From the human T2T-CHM13v2.0 reference genome, Homo sapiens, in assembly GCF_009914755.1 (NCBI RefSeq), contig NC_060927.1: 64,000 nucleotides of DNA, one strand, 5' to 3'. Below, piece by piece: positions 55,340-64,000 of this stretch. The notes beneath the pieces were generated by a model. It was not told where the DNA came from and searched no databases. It saw nothing but the letters and a program-made list of their open reading frames with translations. The position numbers and the translations under genes are program-made. How positions within the stretch are numbered: the first letter of the stretch is position 1; every line of letters starts with the position of its first letter.

Positions 55340-56210
55340 ATGATTAGAAAACTTCCTATGATAAAAGAAACCCCCCGACCCCGAAATCAACAAGGACATG
55401 TCAGTAAATGCAATAGGGGGAAAAATGTGCAAAGAATATGAACAGGCAATTCAAAGAAGTGGAGGTAGAATGTCAAACAAGCATGAGAATTGATGCTCAC
55501 ACTGGCACAATTAATTCAATCACTCATTAAAATAATTATGAGATACCATTTTATGGCCATAAAATTGGCAAATTAAAAAGTCAGATAGAACCATATCTTG
55601 ATTATAACGGGCAAGCATTTGGGGGGAAAGGAACCTTTGTACACTAATGGTGAGAGAGAAGGCTGGGTGCAGCACTACCAGTAGAAACCTACCATCACTT
55701 AGTGAAATTAAGTATGCCTATACCCTACGGCCCAGAAATCCCACTCTGGACATATATCCAAGAAGAGCTCACACTCACATCCATGAAGAAACCTATGTGA
55801 GGATGTTTTGGCAACTCTGTTTTTGGAAGCAGGGATTTTGTGGTAAATGAGGCATCCAGCATTAGGAGAATGGATAAGCAAAATGTGGTGCTGACCCACT
55901 AAGGAACAGACGAAGCAACTGGAAGTAATGAATTAGAGGTTCATAGAGCAACATAGATATATATATTTTAAAGTACTAAGTAGATTACAAAAGTTAGAAT
56001 GGGATCTCTCACAATACCATGTTAAAAATGAAAATACTTGCATATGCAAATACCATGCATTTTTCAAAGATATATACCTATTACAAGACACATACCAAAC
56101 ACATCAGAACGTACTTGTAGAGAAAAGGGTTGTGGGAATGTGCATAAAGAATAAGACAAGAAAATGTAAAACATAAAAAGGAAATGAAACAAAATAAAAC
56201 AAAAAGTGTC
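55340..56210 (+). mobile_element. L1ME ORF2 end / 3' UTR fragment
   Basis: GCAAAGAATATGAACAGGCAATTCA...ATGAGATACCATTTT...GAATGGATAAGCAAAATGTGGT. Confidence 0.85.
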
Positions 56211-56299
56211 CCTGCCTGAACTTACAACAATAACAGAGGTATATGATGGACTCTGGTTTCTCTAGAGATCCAAAAAAGAAAAAACAGGAAAATTCAGTG

Positions 56300-57260
56300 T
56301 ATGGACATGTGATGTTATCTTGAAAGTAGAATCAATGGGATTTTGTAATAGGATTGGATGTGGAGATAAGATAAAGAGAGGCATTTAAAAAATAAATGAT
56401 AGCATTCTAGTAATAAAGTGATTTGCTAAGATTAACTTTATGGAAAAAGAGAATGTTGGAGAAGAATTATATTAGAAGAGGGAGGAAATGAAAATTAAGA
56501 GTTCAGTTTTATTGAAGGCCCAAGAGTCATCCTAGTAGAAATGTGGAGTTGAATTTGGGTAGGCTCTCAGGAAAGAGGTCCGGGCTAGTTTCTCAATTAA
56601 CAGGCTAAGTTGCAATAATGTAACAAAGAAGCTCCAAATACAGATGCTTAATAAAGTAGAATTTTACTGTGGTGTGACTCTGCTTGGTGAGATAATTCAG
56701 GGGCCTAGGCTCATTCCATCATTTTCCTCCACCATCCCCAGAGTGTGTCCTCATTGGAAATGGTAAAGTTAAGTTACTGCCTTGTCTGTGCCCCAGCCTG
56801 TGGGGAAGAAAGAGAGAAAAGTCCAAGGCAAGTGGTTTGTTTTTAAGCTAGAGATCAGCCAAAAGTTGCACCCACCGCTTTTGCTAACATCCTATTGGCT
56901 CAAACTTGGCGAACCCTCAAAGCTGGTCACACCTAGTCACAAGGGAGGTGGGAAATGTAGGTCTAGCTGGAAAGCCCAGTGTCTGGACACAGCTCTATTC
57001 ATAAGGAAGAAGAGGAAAATAGATCTGAGATAACTAGCAGTCTGCCCAAACTGGCAATTAGAGTCACGAACATGCAAGTGGAGCTAAAAACCAAGGATGC
57101 AGATAAAATAGTGTAAGATGATGGCATAGATAATTAAGAAAACAGGGATGACACCAAGCCCTAAGACACTCCTGTATTTAATGATGAGTGAGTAGAGCCC
57201 AAAAAATAGACTGAAAACTAATTAAGATGTATGAGGAAAACCAGCAAAGTGTTGTGTTGC
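56300..57260 (-). mobile_element. L2 segment interrupted by MLT1
   Basis: GGATTGGATGTGG...GAGTTCAGTTTT...CTCAGGAAAGAGGTCCGGGCTAG, resuming after 57050 to GAGGAAAACCAGCAAAGTG. Confidence 0.7.
56592..57050 (-). mobile_element. MLT1K/L-like LTR
   Basis: ATTCAGGGGCCTAGGCTCATTCCATC...CATCCTATTGGC...ACAAGGGAGGTGGGAAATGTAGGTCTAGCTGG. Confidence 0.75.
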
Positions 57261-57269
57261 CACCAAAAA

Positions 57270-57488
57270 ATGCCCCCAAGAAGCAACCCTTCCCCAGTGA
57301 GAAACAGGAGAGCATAAATAAATACCCCAACTTCCTCCCCACATGCAGGGACAATCTCTCAAGAATCCCGAGTGGGCCTAGCATGGTGGCTCACGCTTGT
57401 AATCCCAACACTTTCAGAGGCTGAGGCAGGAGGGTTGCTTGAGGCCAGGAGTTTGAGAATAGCCTGAGCAACATAGCAAGACCCCATC

Positions 57489-57522
<34 letters not shown>

Positions 57523-57843
57523 GATTTAAATTCCCTGGGCATAGTGGTACACATCTGTAGTCCTAGCTACTCAGGAGGCAGAGGAGGGAGGACTGCTTGA
57601 ACCTAGGAGTTCATGAGGCTTCAGTGAGCTATAATTGCGCCACTGCACTCCAGCCTGGACAACAGAGTAAGACCCTGTCTCAAAAAAAAAAAAAGAATCT
57701 CCAGTGAATTGAGCCCCAGTTGCCCACAGAGGTGAGCTGCTTGTTTATTCACCCTGGACTGGCTTCCTTCCTTCCCCTGTCTTACTTTCCTAAATCCCCA
57801 TGTGCTTTCTGGGATCTGCTTTAGGGGAACCCCAAACTAAAAG
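57270..57843 (+). mobile_element. LTR16C/LTR33-like LTR interrupted by Alu
   Basis: ATAAATACCCCAAC...ATTGAGCCCCAGTTGCCCACAG...TCTGCTTTAGGGGAACCCAAACTAA. Confidence 0.75.
57375..57692 (+). mobile_element. AluJ with A30 central linker
   Basis: Dimer; TSD AAGAATC(C/T)C(G/C)AGTG. Confidence 0.95.
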
Positions 57844-58689
57844 AAGCCCTCAAAATGCACTCTGCAAGTGTTATTATGACTCTGTTACTATGACTGCACA
57901 CTTTGGTTCAGAGCAGGCTAAGGCTGGAGCCTTCCCTCAGGGCCCCAGCCACAGACCAAGGGATTTATTACAAAACTCAGAAGACTGTGTCTCCAGGTCA
58001 CATCATCCCACAATCCTGCCAGCTCTGGCTATGACAGATCAGACTGCACTCTAAATTTAATGCTCCATTGAGCTACAACAACAACCAAAAGAAAAAAAAA
58101 AGACCTCACCAGACACTCTACTCCCGAGAAAATAAATAAAATCTGTGTCTCTGATGGTTGGGAGATGTTTTATTTTCACACATTTGCACTGCACCTTCAC
58201 AGGCCAAGCCCATGAATCCTCTGTCTTTATCTAGACACTATATTAAATGGGAATTAAACTGAGTGATAGTAATAGCTTCTCGCAAGAAGCTCAGAGGGAG
58301 AAAGCAGTTGGCAGTGCTTGGCAGAGCAGCCCACCAGGGAGGAAGGCAGCTCTCCCAGGAACCCTGGGGACAGCACTTCTGGTTCTTGATGCAAATCCTG
58401 CTCAGCACCTACTTGCCTTTATTGTTCCTTAGGAAAAGCCAGCCACACAAGGAACGTGACCTTTAACTCATCCCTCCCTCCTGCGTGTGAAGGAAGCACT
58501 GAAACAACATGATTTCGAGAAAAAAATGCTGCTTTGCAGTTGAACTTTAGTGCTTTAATATTGCTGCATTTCTGAAAGTTTAAAAGTGTGGCTTAACATT
58601 TGAAGTCTGTATCCATGTTGTAGGACATGTTTTCCCCCACGTATTGTGAAACTGTAGGTGGTTCACACAACTAGGGCATAGAATGGGAA

Positions 58690-59140
58690 GGGAGGAGGTG
58701 TGGAAAACAAAGACGGGGAGACATTAGTGGCCAGATAAGAAAGTCCTTGTGAGTTACGTTAATAAGTTTAAGAGGATGATGAAGCCCCTGAAGGGATTTA
58801 AAATAACGAGTGACATGTCAGCTTTATATTGTAGAAAGATCATTTGATTGCAATGTGGAAAATGTTGGAAAGGGTGGAGAGCAAAAATAGGGGTAGAAGA
58901 ACAGGCAGAAAACTATTCCAAGCAATAGATAACTAAGGGTGTAGCAGTGGGAATGAAAAGATAGGGGCGGGTTCGAGAGAGATTTAGGCAACATTAATGA
59001 TCAGTGACTGACTGGGTAGGGCATGGTGAGGGGGAAAAAGAAGCATCAAGGTTGAGACCCAGGTCTTCCTTGGTCAACTGAGTGGAAGATGGATAAGTCA
59101 CTAAGATACACACAAGATATGGAGAAAAGCAAGTTTGGCT
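58690..59140 (-). mobile_element. L2 segment
   Basis: GAGTGACATGTCAG...TAGAAAGATCA...CATCAAGGTTGAGACCCAGG. Confidence 0.8.
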
Positions 59141-59519
59141 GGGAACAAGGGTGCTGCTTTGTGCCTACTGGCAGTCAGAGACTTGTAAAATTAATTGGTA
59201 AAATGTTTATAAAGGAGTTAGCCTTTCCAACCATAAAACCACGACCCTCAGGCCTGGGAGAGACTTCAGGGAGAATCCAGGCCAATATCTTCATGTCATC
59301 TGTGCAAGGCCTTGGGAGGGGAGCACATTTTCACCCACAAGCGATGAGGCTGCAGAGGTAGAGAGGAGCCAGGTTGTGGAGGGAATCGTCTGAACCAGGG
59401 TTCTAGAAAGTTTATCTTAACAATGGTGTGCTGGATGGACTCAGGAAAAAGGCTGAAGAAAGGGACCTGAGGAACAAGGGAATTTGAGGTTGCAATAAGA
59501 ATGATGTTTTCTTTTAAGT

Positions 59520-60370
<851 letters not shown>

Positions 60371-61699
60371 CCATTTCCCCAACTTTTAAACCCACCCAGT
60401 TCAGCTACTCAGAACTCTCCCTAACTCCTTTACTTTCCTCCATGGGGCCGGGTCCATCAACAAAGCATATGAATATATGTGGCTGAGGATGGGAGCTTGA
60501 CTGTCTCACTGGACATTTTGGCCCGACGTGTACAAGCCTGTAAAGTTCTGCTTCCCATCCCATTTTTAAGAGAATACGCTTGCTCAGATCTGTTAGAAAG
60601 ACTCCTCTCATGTATTAATTATGCCCCCACTAATTACACAGAAGGGTTCTAGCAGCATTATTGAAAGGGATGGGCACAGAGCAACCAAGGAAAGGAGTGA
60701 TGAGCCCCGCCGTTGCCTCACGCTTGAGTCCAGTCTGCATTTCAGAAAAGACCTCAACAGCTTTTTTCTTCATGCTGTACACACAAAGGGTGGAATTTTA
60801 CAGCCCCTGATCAGATGGTGGGCTAGCTGGAGCTGCATGTGTGATGGGGCTGGAGGTGAAGAGGAATAAAAGAGGACCCTTTATACTCCCTAATCCTAGA
60901 ACTCCCTCAATGACATGATGCACCATCTATTTAATAACAGGCTTCAAAAAGAGCAAGGGGAATGAACACTCCCATACTCAATGCCCACTTCACATTTCAG
61001 AAACATTAAAATGCAGAAGAGAAAGGTATATGCGAAAATTGAGGAAATGTGGTATCTGTTTTGCAAGCACAAAAGGAACAGGAAAGCTAGAGGGTATGGA
61101 GGCCCAGAGATTGGGCCCAAACCAAGCTCCCACTCTGCCTACCTCCCTCTCTTAGGAGTCCCCTCCGTCTGGACTCAGCACCCCTTGCACCTCAGAGACC
61201 CATCAGGTCTAAGCTTCCAAGAAACCAACAGGCCCCTGGGGAGGCATGGGCCCCTAAGTAGTGATTGAGGCCCTCCTCAGTCTCTCAGAGACCACCAACT
61301 GCCAAGTAAAGGCCTTCAGGTCACTGGACAGGCTGTGAAAGGTGGACCCAGAGCCATCCAAGGACAATCCACCCACCCCTCCTCATGGTTTTGGCAACTG
61401 CTGCTCCTTCCCTCAGGCAGAGGCAATGGTTCCCATCTGCAGCCCTGGATGAGAAACTCCTTGGGAAGAGTAAATCTGTAAAAAATATATGTGGCCCGAA
61501 AATACGTGGTATTCATTTACATGATGGTGCTGGCGAATAGCTCATTTATCCTGAGAAAAGAATAGGCCAACTGAGTGGCTTCAGGGTTTTAGAGAGAGCC
61601 TAGTGAAATCTTTTAATATGCTTAATAATATTTTTAATAATCTAAATAGCATGTGTTGATTATAGAAGAGTCAGAAAAATCAAAATTAAAAACCCTTCT

Positions 61700-62400
<701 letters not shown>

Positions 62401-62539
62401 AAGGAAAATGCAGAAATCCACATTAGCATTAAATAAATAAAAACCACTTATAAGACTAACTCCTGAAAATAAGCCTAGTTGATATGTACCCTTCCAGGTT
62501 TCATTATGCAAATACGATTATATATATAGCTTACATTTG

Positions 62540-63172
<633 letters not shown>

Positions 63173-63455
63173 GGTTGACTATCCCTTATGTACAAAACTC
63201 TGAAAACTAAAAATGCTTTCCTAAGTTTAGCACCTAAACTCATGTGATAGCAAACCCTGACCTGAATAAACACGAGTCTATTTACAGTCTTTGTTTATCT
63301 CACTTAATTTGAATATTTGTACATTTCACTGCAGACATATAAATGTATTTGATCATGAGGTATTGCCCTCGTTCCTGCAGGGAGTGTTATATAATATACA
63401 ACTTACACATCATATTGCTTTTCTAAAATCTGAAAAATTCTAAATTCCAAGAGGC
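63173..63455. mobile_element. MER46C (TcMar-Tigger)
   Basis: TATCCCTTAT...GCAAACCCTGACCTGAA...TTTCTAAAATCTGAAAAATTCTAAATTCC. Confidence 0.8.
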
Positions 63456-64000
63456 AAAACCTGTCAACAGGTGCATGACACTGATGCCTAGACCCATGGC
63501 CTGTAAGCTGCCCCAGGTTTCTGGAGGTTGATGGCTATGTCTGCCTCATAGAGGCAGCCTTTGAAGCAGAGGCCAGCCTCTGGCTGCTATGCGCAGATCT
63601 CCCTCTTCAGCCCAGCCCCTGAGCATGTCACTGAATCTCCCACAGGCTGGGCCAAGGCATTAAGAACACAATTGTGGGGGCTGCAATCAGAGATGCTTCT
63701 CGGTGAGTGTGGTTGTGTGGTTTGGCCTATGGGAGAGATATCTGAATCCTGATAAAGCCTGTCTCTGAGACCCTAGAAGAACACCTGCAGCCACTTGTAG
63801 ACAACAGCAGCCAAAAAAAGAGCCTTGATGCAGAGTGTTCAAGAGCGCATCTGAGATCAACCATGTCCTCAAACAAACAGTGCTTCAGTTGAGGTATCTG
63901 AATGCCCAAGACCAATTAAGCAGGGAAGTGGGTCAAAGAGATTCATAGCTAATATTTCTACATACAGTACATCTCAGTGGCTCCTAATGTGAGTTACTGA

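Overview
Primate, most likely human, genomic DNA (dense Alu, including a 5'-truncated AluYa5-type copy). It reads as intronic or intergenic sequence. I found no supportable protein-coding exon, structural RNA gene, CpG island or CRISPR; the ORF track is explained by Alu/L1/LTR/simple repeats or by chance. A large part of the window is interspersed repeat: Alu, MIR, L2, old L1M/L1PB/HAL1, MaLR and ERVL LTRs (MLT1, MLT2, MSTA, LTR16, LTR33), hAT MITEs (MER3, MER20, MER63, MER94, MER102) and Tc1/mariner elements (MARNA, MADE1, MER46C). Subfamily calls come from recalled consensus sequences, not from RepeatMasker. Structure the repeats do not explain: (1) a ~125-250 bp segment present three times in alternating orientation at 10.6-12.6 kb, which would allow two mutually exclusive long hairpins; (2) a fold-back plus templated-insertion scar inside a MARNA at 14.2 kb; (3) a 39-bp-arm near-perfect hairpin at 53.0 kb; (4) a very young, possibly polymorphic AluYa5-type insertion; (5) several repeat-free, motif-dense enhancer candidates. 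I could not identify the chromosomal locus. None of this establishes a new biological system; these are candidates to test.
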